DNA of 63,192 nucleotides, the filler included. It is 11 parts of 11 records of this genome, joined end to end, with 100 filler letters (N's around TTAATTAATTAA, not from the genome) between each part and the next. Parts side by side here need not be neighbours in the genome. Positions count along the whole stretch, not along the records: positions 41,186 to 48,367 come from SRR7504441_6940; positions 48,468 to 51,645 come from SRR7504441_6941; positions 51,746 to 59,774 come from SRR7504441_6945; 8 more parts are not named here. One strand, given 5' to 3'. This document shows, in pieces, positions 44,012 to 54,800 of the stretch (position 1 is the first letter of the stretch; every line of letters begins with the position of its first letter). The notes beneath the pieces are model-generated. The model ran no database searches. It was not told the origin of the DNA and saw nothing but the letters and a program-made list of their open reading frames with translations. Position numbers and translations under genes: made by a program.

Positions 44012-47000
44012 TTATATATAATGTGCACGTGCAAAGTCATCGATTAAAGTGTGTGTCTTGGACTGCTCGGCTCGGGCCGCCGTGACTAAATCTTCCGTAG
44101 ACACGACCCTATCCGCCTCGGCTACCCTTAGCGCTGCTGTCGATGCGGCGCGCACAACCTGCCCACACCGTCACCGCAACATGTACGCAGGTGCGGCACC
44201 GCAGCCCGGATCTGCCCACTTCCAAATTCAAAGTCTGACGCGAGTTGTTTGAAGTCCAAAGGATCCCGAACCGGGCACCTGCAAGCATCGTTGCAGCGGA
44301 ATAGCCCAGCGGCTCACTTGGATGGTATCATCCGCTGCCACAGTTGGAGACGTGTCTGCTCTTTGGGCAACCCGAACTCGAGGACAAACTTGAGCCGGGA
44401 CACTAATTGTTTGCTCTCGTGAAGCACCCTGTCGCTCGAGACCGCGCTAGTGTCATAGTTGGCGATCAGTATGCACACCCCTGCCAGCCAGTGTCACGCT
44501 GCTGCAAATTACGCGCCAGCACCAGGGAATCCTGACACTTCGGACAAGAGCACTTCCCTAGTCTTGTCCTCGCTGATAGCCTCACTTGGTCCAAGCAGCG
44601 TTTCGGCGTCCTGGCCCGTTTGGTCATATTCTTTTCCAAGGTCAGACCCACCTCGAGCACCAGCACGGCTTCCATCAACTTGGCATCCGCGAAGGTTGCT
44701 GTCACGTACTTTTCGCTCTCGCGGTGGCTAGTCAGGTGCAGGCATGAAACTAGTTTGATTGGTCGCCCCACCTGCGGCCATTGTTGGAGAAGAAGCTACA
44801 TGTATGGCTCAAGGTGCACCTCCCATGCAATCGCCTCCGCCGCTGTGTGCTTGCCACAGCCAGGTGCCCCGTGAAACAGCCCACAGACGCCTTGCTGCTT
44901 CCTCTGCTGCTCTGCAAATCCCCAGGCGCCAAACAACACGCCGCGCGCCTTCTCAAAGGCGATCACCTGCAGTTCAAGCAGGATAAATGTCACTGGTTCC
45001 AGGCGTTTTGACCTCTTCAAGGCGGCCGCGAAGTCCCTTATCGATCACCATGCTTTCGAGCCCTGCCTTGGGCACAACTCTGTTCTTAAACTGCTTCATC
45101 TGCAGCGCCCCACGCATCTGCAGCTGGCAGCCCTGTGTGGACAATTAGCACCCGAGATGCCCGCCCCGGCACCTGAATAATATCTTGCTCGGAGATGACT
45201 GGGCTCTCCGCATCTCTAGCTACGGCCGACATGAGTGCCGAAAGCATCGCGTTCTTGATGAAACCACCGGTCAGCTCATATCTGTGAGCTCGTGTGAGAC
45301 TCGCGGAGGCTGGAGTGGACTCACTTGAGCGAGATGGCCTGCCAGTCGATGTCTGGGCAGGTGGGCACTGAGCCCTTCTCAGCGTGGATTGCCCAGATCT
45401 GCCGCCTGCCAATGTGGTCCGGGGGCAGGATCTCAAACGCCGCTGTGATCCGTCGATGCATGGCCTGGCAGCCCTGTCAAAAGCAAAAGGAGCAGCGGAT
45501 AACCTCGTCGAGGTCAAATGCTCTGTTGGTAGCAAGGCATACCATCACGCGTGAGTTTTCTAGGCACGTCAACAGTGTGGTGCAGAGCTCTCCTGGCGCA
45601 GACCAGAGACTCAGTGTGTGACTAGAACCCCACATGCCGACCTGACGCGCCACCCCCACGCTGTGCGAAGATGCTCTCGCATTCGTCAAAGAAGAGCACC
45701 GCATTGTGCAATTCAGCTTCGCGGAATAACCCCTTAATATCAGAAGCCATCCCAGCGTGCCGCTGCGAAATCATCTCGAAGTTACACAGCAGCGACTTCT
45801 TGCCCAAGTGATTGGCAATCGCGTGCACGGTAAACGTCTTGCCGGTGCCTGACGGGCCATACAGCAGCAGCACCAGCGTGGCTGTGTGCTGGACATCGTC
45901 TAGTCCGAGCTGCTCACGGTGCTCGTAGAAGCAATGATAGTTCGTCACCTGCCCGATCCCCTTTCCAGCTACCGTGCAAAGGGGCTGACCGTGGCCAGAA
46001 TGGCCTCCTTCTGCTCATTGGGTAAAACTAGCTGCTCAAGGTCGCACTTTGGGGTGATCAGATACGAGCCCTGGACAAGCTCCTCCATCTCCGGCTGGAG
46101 CCCTACAATGTAGTCGAGCATGCGTCGGTCGATGATCACGTTCTGGTCCAGAAGGTCCGCCGGGAGCGAGTGCTGTCGCCAGACCTCCACCTGCCAACCA
46201 GCTCCCACGCAGCCGGTAGCAGGCTTGCACCTTGATCAACGACTTGCTCAGCATCCTGCTCGACTTGTAAAAGTGCTTCCGTCGCTTGATTTGCTCCTGG
46301 AAGGTCGGGCAGAGCACCATGAGCAGCTTGCGGATCGGGAGCGAAGCCATGTCGTGCCCGTGCATCTCAGAGGTAAGCATTGCCCTTAGCACCGGCGAGA
46401 TTGCAGTCCCAGTCAGCATCGCCAGCACGTCCTCCTCGAACTGATCCAGCTTATTTAGCTCGCGCACTTGAATGAGCTTGGGCAGCGCCACATCCGCCGC
46501 CCTGGTCGCCTCGACTCGCCGCTCGATGCGATGCTGCATGTGCCGCCTGTATCCAGTCACTGCCCTGCTACCCACACTAGCACCGTCGCGACTCCAGCTC
46601 GCGCTGAGACACTTGCTTCTGGTCCTGCCCGTTCCAACCGGATGCCACGTAGCCGCCAGCCTTCTTAAGCTGAGCCTGCGAGCTACCAACCGGCTCAATC
46701 CAGAGCTCAGTCGAGCATGCACCGGGCTTCCTCTTGCTGAATCATCACCGAAATCAGTCCGAACTTGTCATTCAGATAGTCCAACGTATCCAAATACGGC
46801 AGAGGCCCGTCGGCCCCGGCCACAGAGTCGCCCGCCACGCTGCCTCCGTACGCGCTGCCGTAAGGCGACGAGTCAAACATGCCGTACTCGAGCTGTGGGT
46901 CCTTGGGGAGCGGCGAGGGCGGGTTTTCGACGGAGCCCTCCTCGGAGCTCTGCACCATCTTATCGAGCGAGGTGGTGCTCAGCTGACGGATCATCCCCGC

Positions 47001-48168
47001 CAACGGATCAGGCACCACCTGCCATTCCGTCACTGCAAGCCTGCCAAACGGCCCACCTGCCGCCTGTCGCGTCCGGACTCGCCAGAGCCTGTCGAATGCG
47101 TGGACGACCCGGTGGCCGGCTCGGCCTGGGCGGCATGCTGCTCCGCGCCTTCGCCCGGCTGGCCTGCGCCGGCCGGCTCCTCCTGGCCGGGCACGCGACT
47201 CGCACCCGGCACTGCGCGAGGCCGGGCTTCGCGGCCCTGCTCTGCGGCTATCAAGCCTTGGATGCCGGTCTTGTTGAACTTGACCAGCTCGGCCTCGCCG
47301 AATTCGCGCCCGCCCACCAGCAGCTGGGCGGCCTCGTACATGATGTGCATCCTGATCATCTCCGGATTGAATTCGTCCTCAGGGCACCGCACAATCCCTG
47401 CCACTCGCTCAGCTGCCCGCAGCACGCAGATGGGCGCCTTCCTCCACGTGGAGCCGGTCGTCTTGCCGGAACTTCATCAGCGCCAGCGGCGACACCGCAC
47501 ACACCGCCTGCCCCAGGCTGGCGGGAGCGCCTGGCGGGAGCCAACCTTGACAAAGCACATTGGGTCCTCCCAATGCTTGAGCCGGCGCATGTGCCACTGT
47601 ATGATCTCCGACCGGGTGGCTTGCATCACCAGCAGGCACTCGAACACGGCCGCCTCTGGCTCGTCGAACCCGTAGTGCCGCGCCAGCCGAACCAGCCGCG
47701 GGGCGAGCAGTCCGCGCTTCTCCGTGAGGGCCACTCGGGCCCGGCGGGTCTCGATGGCTTCCTGCAGCCCGGAGGCGGTGAACCTGAACAGATCTGTGCA
47801 CCGGGCCAGGCTGCGGCTGTCGTCGTGCTGCACGCTGATCAGTGTCTCCTGCAGCTGCTCGATCAGGAACGACTTGACCGCCCGCAGCGCGAACACCAGC
47901 TGGGTGTGCTCCCAGTACTCCAAGTCAGCCCGGTCCCGCTCAAACGGGTCGCTCGAGGTGGCCAGCAGCGCCGACTCGTGCGAGGCCTCCCCGAGCAGCG
48001 CGTCCCGGAGCAGGTTGCGCGCCTCCTCGAATTCCTGCCCCCCGTTCGCCCCAGCGCCGGCCCGATCCGCACCGAGCCCGGCCGAAGCTGCGGTGCGGCC
48101 GGCCGGCCAGGGTCGGCCGGGCCGGGCCGGCCCTTGCCTCCCGCCCCGTGCACGGGCCCGTTGCCCAT
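44012..48168 (-). CDS. Tandem AAA+ ATPase with a long N-terminal region, intron-rich
   Basis: AAA1: YGPSGTGKT, LFFDECE, LATNRAFDLDEAMHRRI, YELTGGFIKNA. AAA2 degenerate: GAPGCGKH, VLVLE. Hand-spliced to stop at 44012; first exon tentative. Confidence 0.85.
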
Positions 48169-48467
48169 CACTGGTCCTCTTGCTCCGCAGTGGCTGTCCC
48201 AGCTCACTGAGCTCAGTGCACCAGGGGTGAACGCTTGACCCAGCTCACGTGCTGAGTGCAGGCATCAGTGGGCAGTTCAGTCGATGGCTGCGGATTAGCT
48301 GCGGATATTGATTGATGTACGGTTGGTTTATCGTACGAACTCTACATCTAATCGTCCAGCAAGCTCTNNNNNNNNNNNNNNNNNNNNNNNNNNNNNNNNN
48401 NNNNNNNNNNNTTAATTAATTAANNNNNNNNNNNNNNNNNNNNNNNNNNNNNNNNNNNNNNNNNNNN

Positions 48468-49536
48468 CGGCCGGGGTTGTCCAGCCGCCACCTGCCCAAG
48501 CCAGTCGGCCAACCAGCACAGAGGAAAGTCGTACTGTTTGAGTGCATTAAACCGGATCTCTCGCGCCGCCGCAATTCGCTTCCAGTTCCGCTCCTCGTCA
48601 TTGCATTGCCCAACAACCCCGCCGATCAAGACCTCTTCATCAGGGTCCGGTGCCCATCGACCTGCCAAAAGAGCTAAACCGGGCGAGTGTATGCAGGGCA
48701 GGTGGCTCACCTGCGACAGCATCCCAAGTCTTGCCCGCTGGAGCCCGGCCTGGTGGACGGCGGTGCAGTGGAGTCGCATTCGCTGCCTCTTCGCTCGTCC
48801 ACATCGTGTGTAACCGCGGCGTGTTATCCTGGTGGAACCCACCGCACTTGCAGCGGAGCATTGCCTTCCATTTGAGGCTTTGCGCCGAGTACTTGCGCTG
48901 CTTGCAGTAGCCGCAGATGTACCACTGGCCAACCACAGCAGCCTTGGTTTCCTCATTTATCTCCCACATCGCGTCATATTTCTTCTGTTGCTCCGCATTG
49001 GCCTCCCAGACAAACCCGAGGCCGTCCAACTGCCACCCACCTTGGCCAACCGCTAGGCGGCGGAGCCACCTCGGCTATCTGCTGCTGGGTGAGGGACTTT
49101 TTGCCCTCGCGGCCCCGCGATCTGCGCTGGTCACTGACCCACTTGCCTAGTGGCTTGATCCGCGTTGGTATGATGCAGCTGCCGGTCAGCCGCTGTACGC
49201 CCGTCAGCCCCTCGCCGCACTGCAACGCACCTGCCACTCCCGAAGCCGCCCGAGCATTGCCTTCCATGAATGATTCGCACATACTTTGGTGTATGGCCAG
49301 GAAGCCGCCACATCGACGGCTTCCTGGCCATACTGCCCGATCCACCTCTTTATCAAGTGTTCGCTGCTCTGCTGGCTGCGGGGGCGCTTCTGCCTAGCCC
49401 ATTGTCCGTTCTCGTCCCTCTTGCGCTCCTGACGCTTCCGGGGCTCCGAAAGCTCGTTCTGAACCGCCCCAGCCGGGCAACTCTGTCGCTCGCCCTCCGC
49501 TCTGTACGCTCCCGGCCGTGCCCACCACCACTCCAT
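48468..49536 (-). CDS. Helicase-associated (HA) domain protein with a Cys4 zinc-ribbon-like segment, 3' truncated
   Basis: Spliced SWKAMLGRLREWQ|RLTGSCIIP...LGKWVSDQR...LTQQQIAE|LDGLGFVWE, then CGYC...CKCG and GRAPAGKTWD. Start uncertain. Confidence 0.75.
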
Positions 49537-49618
49537 GCTCTCTTGAAAGGACGTGCGAGCCAACAACTCGAACCGACAAAATGGACCTGCCCGACGCACA
49601 GCACCAGTAGGAGGGCCG

Positions 49619-50752
49619 ATGCGGGTCCGGTTCTTCTCGCTCAACGTATTTATCCGGCCGCCGGGCACGACGCTCATCTCGGACGCGGCCGGTGGGCACG
49701 GCGACTTCAAGGACGAGCGCCTGGATCTCATTCTGGCAGAACTGGCCCACTTCGACATTGTCTGTCTCCAGGAGCTCTTTGCCGCCTTCTCGGGCAGGCA
49801 GCCCGCCTTCATCGCAGCCGCTCGCCGGCACGGTCTGGTGCACCACGCGGTCTCGCCCTGCCCGTGGCTGCCAGGCCGCCTCGCCGGCACGCTCTGGGCC
49901 GGCGTCTCGGGTGGTGTCGGTGGCCTTCTCGACGCGGGGCTGGTCATTCTGAGCCGCTTCCCCATCGTCGCGGTGAATCACCTGCAGTTCCGGACAGCAT
50001 GCCACACGGACTGGCTGGCCGCCAAGGGGGCCTTGCATGTGCGGGTACAGCTGTCTGCCGCAGCCCAGCTCAGCGTGGTCAACACGCATACTCAGTCCTT
50101 CTATTCGCTCGACGATCAGCGGGCCAGGCGGGCGCACACGCTCCAAATACTAGAGCTGGCACGCTTCATACGGCGGTGCTGTAGCGACAGCGTTGGTGAA
50201 GGGGCCGAGACGACCTGCGTGCTAGCAGGCGACTTCAACTTAAACAGCAACCCAAAGTCTGTGGCGCTCCGTGCGGGCAATGAAGTCCATCTAGTCACGG
50301 CCGCCGAAGCGCGCGAGCGCGGTGAGCTTCCTGACGGCCCGGACTCGGGAGATACTGAGGACTACAAGCGGACCCTCGGGCAGCTGCACGAGCAGGGGTT
50401 GCCGTTTATAGATTTGATGATGGCAGCGCACAGCGGGAACCCGCCGCCGACGATTGGGATTGTCTACGACGATCGTGGGGATGAGATCGACACGATGTAC
50501 GACCCGCAGCGCGACTTCGCTAGGCTCCCGGACCGAGCTGCAGCCGGATCGGAGGCTCGGACCGTGGGCGCCCACGGGAGAGCGTTAAGCTGTGACTTGT
50601 GCATGTTGTTGGAGGCCAAAGGAGGGCGCCACACATGCCGGGGTGAGGGCGCACGGGTGGAGGCACTGGCCGTGGCTGAGCGGCTGAGGCCGTTTAGAGG
50701 CATGTCGGACCATCGGGCGCTGGCATGCGACCTAGTGTTTGAAAAAACATAA
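49619..50752 (+). CDS. Endonuclease/exonuclease/phosphatase-fold hydrolase, neutral sphingomyelinase-like
   Basis: SLN, DIVCLQELF, GL.ILSRFPI, DWLAAKG, NTHTQ, GDFN, SDH. Confidence 0.88.
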   Translation: MRVRFFSLNVFIRPPGTTLISDAAGGHGDFKDERLDLILAELAHFDIVCLQELFAAFSGRQPAFIAAARRHGLVHHAVSPCPWLPGRLAGTLWAGVSGGVGGLLDAGLVILSRFPIVAVNHLQFRTACHTDWLAAKGALHVRVQLSAAAQLSVVNTHTQSFYSLDDQRARRAHTLQILELARFIRRCCSDSVGEGAETTCVLAGDFNLNSNPKSVALRAGNEVHLVTAAEARERGELPDGPDSGDTEDYKRTLGQLHEQGLPFIDLMMAAHSGNPPPTIGIVYDDRGDEIDTMYDPQRDFARLPDRAAAGSEARTVGAHGRALSCDLCMLLEAKGGRHTCRGEGARVEALAVAERLRPFRGMSDHRALACDLVFEKT

Positions 50753-50788
50753 ATAGCTCTGGTATACATCGAGCGATGGATTAGTTTA

Positions 50789-51558
50789 CTAGGTGGGCGA
50801 CTCTGTCGTCACACCGTCCTGGATGATCAAACTAGGCGGCGGGTCGCTATCGTTGATCGGGTAGTCTCGCGCGTACGATTGGCCGTAATAATTCAACAAC
50901 GGGCTCCCCACTGGCACCTCTTGCACCGTTCGAATCTCAATCCGTTGCCGGTCGAAGTCAAACACGTGCTGCACATTCGCCGACTGCTCGGGGGACGGCT
51001 CGTTCAGATACAAGGCCTGCCTCAGCTCGGCATATGCCCGCCCGGCTAACGCACCGCGCAGTGCTTGAACTCGGAACACAGCTGGCCGTTTGGGTCTAGC
51101 GGAGTGACGTAGCCGCCTGCCCACGGCACGGGCCACCTGCGCCAGCTGGCCGGCCGGCCGCCCCCGCCCGGCACATGTACTCGCTTAAGCGGTCCCCGGC
51201 CACTTCCTCGTCCACCCGATGCCGCCGGGCGTAATCCTTCACCTTGCCCGCCATTGACGCTACCCAGGCCAGCCGGCGTGCCTCCGCCAGCCGAGCGTCC
51301 ATGTCCACAAACCGGCCCGGGCAGAGCCCTACTAACTCGCCCTTGGCCATTGGGCGGCCGGCGACGTAGGCCCCGAGACCGTGCTCGCACCTCCGGACCT
51401 CCACCTCGACAGAGCTGGCCAGCCGGCCCGAGTGTGTGACGCGAAACCCGTCGGCCGGGCCTGGAGTCACCTGGGCACAGCGTCAGGCGCCCGCCAGGGG
51501 CTGCTGTGACCTCCCAGGCCCACGGCTCGTGCCCCTGCCAGCTCCACGACGACGACAT
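50789..51558 (-). CDS. Small SET-domain methyltransferase (4 exons)
   Basis: HGLGAYV...MAKGELV, ALYLNEPS...ANV, IRTVQEVPVGSPLLNYYG..Y. Three GT-AG introns restore the frame. Confidence 0.8.
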
Positions 51559-51871
51559 GGCGAATTTTGCCGTTAGGATCCGATCAGGCTTCGCGTTATC
51601 TGGTTTGTGTGGCTCGCATTGCAGTAAGATTCTCCCAAAGGTGAGNNNNNNNNNNNNNNNNNNNNNNNNNNNNNNNNNNNNNNNNNNNNTTAATTAATTA
51701 ANNNNNNNNNNNNNNNNNNNNNNNNNNNNNNNNNNNNNNNNNNNNGGGCAAGGCATGGCAGCAGCAAGTCGGATCCGCGTCTCTCGACCTGTCCATCAAG
51801 CTGCCGTTGGAAAATACGTTAGAAAGAGCGCCAAGAGGCATCTCGGGAAACACCGGCAGAGCAACCGAGAG

Positions 51872-54800
51872 ATGGCGTCGCTAGCAACCCGGTTCGCGCT
51901 CGCAGTCGACCGGGAGGGTACCCGCCCCCGCCTCTGGCCTCGCTCACGCCCGGGGGACTCGCAGCCTTGCTCAACTCGCTGGCCCCCGGCTCGTTCGAGC
52001 ACGACTTGTACACCGCAATCCACCGGCTGAACCAGTCCCAGTCCGACCCCTCCCGGCTGCCCGAGGCCCAGGCGGCGGTGGACAAGCTGGTCGCAATGGG
52101 CGCGGTGGACGAGCGCGATACGCTGAAGATGCGGCTGATCCAGACCCTCGGGGAATACGACACCCCCGGGGCCGACCGGCCGGCGCTGCTCCAGCGGTTG
52201 GCTGAGCTGCTCAAGGCGCCTGGCCGGGGGGGTGGGGGCTCAGTCGGGGGCAGGTCGAGACTGACACGAGCACGCCGGTGGAGCTGGCGCTGCGCGGGCG
52301 GGGGCCGCTGACCGAGGAGACCGAAGACGGGTTTGTGGAAGTGGGCGAGGAGAGCTTGGGCGGCGGGCCGACTGGGCTGAGCGACGAGCAGCGGGCACGG
52401 CTGGACGACGGGCAGGTGCTCGCGCGGCTGCTCAAGGAGGAGGGCTGGGCGGCGTTCCATTCAGCGATTGGGCGAACCAGCAGGGAGACGTTAATGCTCG
52501 AGGATCTGTATCAGCTCTGCCCGAGCCCCGAGCACCGGCTGGTTGTGGCCAAGTTCCTCGGGCAGGGCTCTCAGCACATCGAGGGCATCGTGCCGGTTAT
52601 TGCGCTCGGCTGCCAGCGGTGCGACCCCCGTCGGCGCTGCAGGCCAGCAGGGACAGGCACTTGTCGGCGCTGCAGGGCGACACCCAACTGGACCACAACG
52701 AGAGGATGCTCGCGTGCGGGTTTGGCTCGGAAGACATCCACAAGTACCTCACTGCGGGCCAGCTGGACGAACTGTCGAGCTTGTGCGTACGCTGGTTGCA
52801 GCCACTGAGCAGCTGGCAGGGTTCCGGAGCTGAAGACTAACGAACAGTGGGTGGCAGCCAGGCTGGCGCAGATCCGGAGCCCCGAGCCCGAGTCGGTGTA
52901 CGGTCAGCTGGAGGCGAAAGAGCAGCACCTGCTGGCCCAACTAGAGTTCATCAGTACCCACCTTGAGGCAGCCAAGCTCTCCGGACTCCGGTGCGGCCAC
53001 TGGCTCTGTTCTGACTGATTGATTGGGCAGCCGGGCGCTGCTGGTGGGGCTGCTCCGTGTGAGGCGATCGGTCGGTCGAGAGTATTCAGAGGAGTTGCTG
53101 CTACAGCTGCTGCAGCTGCCGAGGGCTGAGTCCTGGCTATTTGAGGCCACGCCCGAAGGCGGTCCAGCCGACCAGGAAGAACACGAGCTGGTGATGGATT
53201 ACCTGCTCAATTTATTGTACCTCAAGGAAGACTTTAGCGAATTCCTCGACAGGTGATCAGGCCTCGCATCAGCTGCGGATGTGCTCGGTGCAGGTACAGA
53301 CCGCTGGTCAAGCATGAGGTGCTCGAGAAGACGTATGCTCACTCGCGGGCTCTGCACGGCAGCTACACCCCGGCAGCAATTGAGTGAGCTTGGGAACATA
53401 ACAATCATATTAATCCCTTTGGTTTGCAGCATCCATGACACGAGTGAACTCAAATTCGGGCATGCCAAGTGCACGCACTACTCGAGTAACGGGAGTTCAA
53501 TCTCGGTGCCTATTGTCTTCAAGAACGTTGGCAAGCAGCTGGTGGCGAGACTATATGAAATCAACACTCGCTCGTATCACGAGCTCAGGCCAGGGAGTAA
53601 GCTGGATGCCTCAATCAACTTGGATGGCTTCCTGGCCACACAGACCCAGCAGATTGCTTCTGATCACCCTGCCTACGAGCAGCACTCGGTTGATCTCACT
53701 TTCGACACGCCAGCATTCGGAGTTTTTGTCATTGAAGTGCTTGGCGGAGACAAAAAGTGCCGATGCGTGATTCACAAGGGAGGGCTCGAGTTGACTCAGC
53801 GCACCACCAGTCAAGGGCTGGCGGTTGGTTCCACTGGCATCGGCTCTCTCATTGCGGACAGGTGTGTGTGTACACTGATGAGGGCGCGCCGTGTGAGGAT
53901 GCCGTACTGATTCTTGGTGGGGTGGAGTACTCAGCTGCAGCTGGCCAGCAAGAGATTTGCATTCCGTTCTCAACGCATCCTGAGACCAAGCAGGTGGCAG
54001 CGTCCAGTTGCTCGATCTTCACTGCACCACGCAGGTGATGCTTGTGGACAACGCATCTGGATTCGCCTCACTCGCCGATCTCACGCTGCAGTCAGAGTCT
54101 TACAACTTCTGTGCCAAGTTTGGTGGCCTCGACAAGGGCTCGCTGATTCCAGGTGATCCGCCCAGTGCTCCACGCTCAGCGGTATCCGCAGGCAACCGGG
54201 CTACCCTGATCATGCACCCGGTGCTTACTGTCTCCGGACAGCCAGCCAGCGTGAGTCAAATCCATGACGCGCAGCTCACAGTCGAGGCTGTGAACGTGGA
54301 TGGTGTTGAGACTGTCACCCAAACTGATGTCAAGCTCGAGCCAGGCAAAGACCTGGTGCACGTCTTCACTGTGCCTGAGAGGCTCGAGTCGCTCCAATTC
54401 CGTTTCTCTGCATCAATTAAAGTGGCCTAACTGCGTTGCTCGGTGTCACCTATCTTGGCAGGTCAAGAGCACGGGGCAGACGCAGAACTTGAATGCCTCA
54501 CACTCTGTCGCTGGCTGGTGCAATAGTGCAGCCCGGATCCAGACTGTGGCTGGCCTGCACCTGTGGTTAGACGCAGATGGCAGCCGCTCAGTCAATGCAC
54601 TTGGCCGTGGTGGCGAGCCTATTCAAGGTGCAAGCACTGCCGCCACCATTCTGCTGACTCTCTTGGTTCTCAGGGCTCGACCTCACGATCACGCTGCAGC
54701 ATCGCTGGTCCAGATCTCAGGAGAAGTTCAATCTCACCACGGACAATATTGGCAGCTGCAAGCTTGGGATCCTCCCAGCAAATGTGGAGTCGATCCGAGT

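Noticed and set aside
46472..48238. 588-aa plus-strand ORF and other long antisense ORFs (for example 35906-37396 upstream part, 24942-25823, 61739-62545)
   Set aside because: Shadow frames of GC-rich genes on the opposite strand with low-complexity translations and no motifs.
51559..51572. AAAATTCGC-like promoter motif (also ~62696 and ~33795)
   Set aside because: Only three loose instances at different distances from ATG, and a similar word occurs in coding DNA (~17888); not separable from chance.
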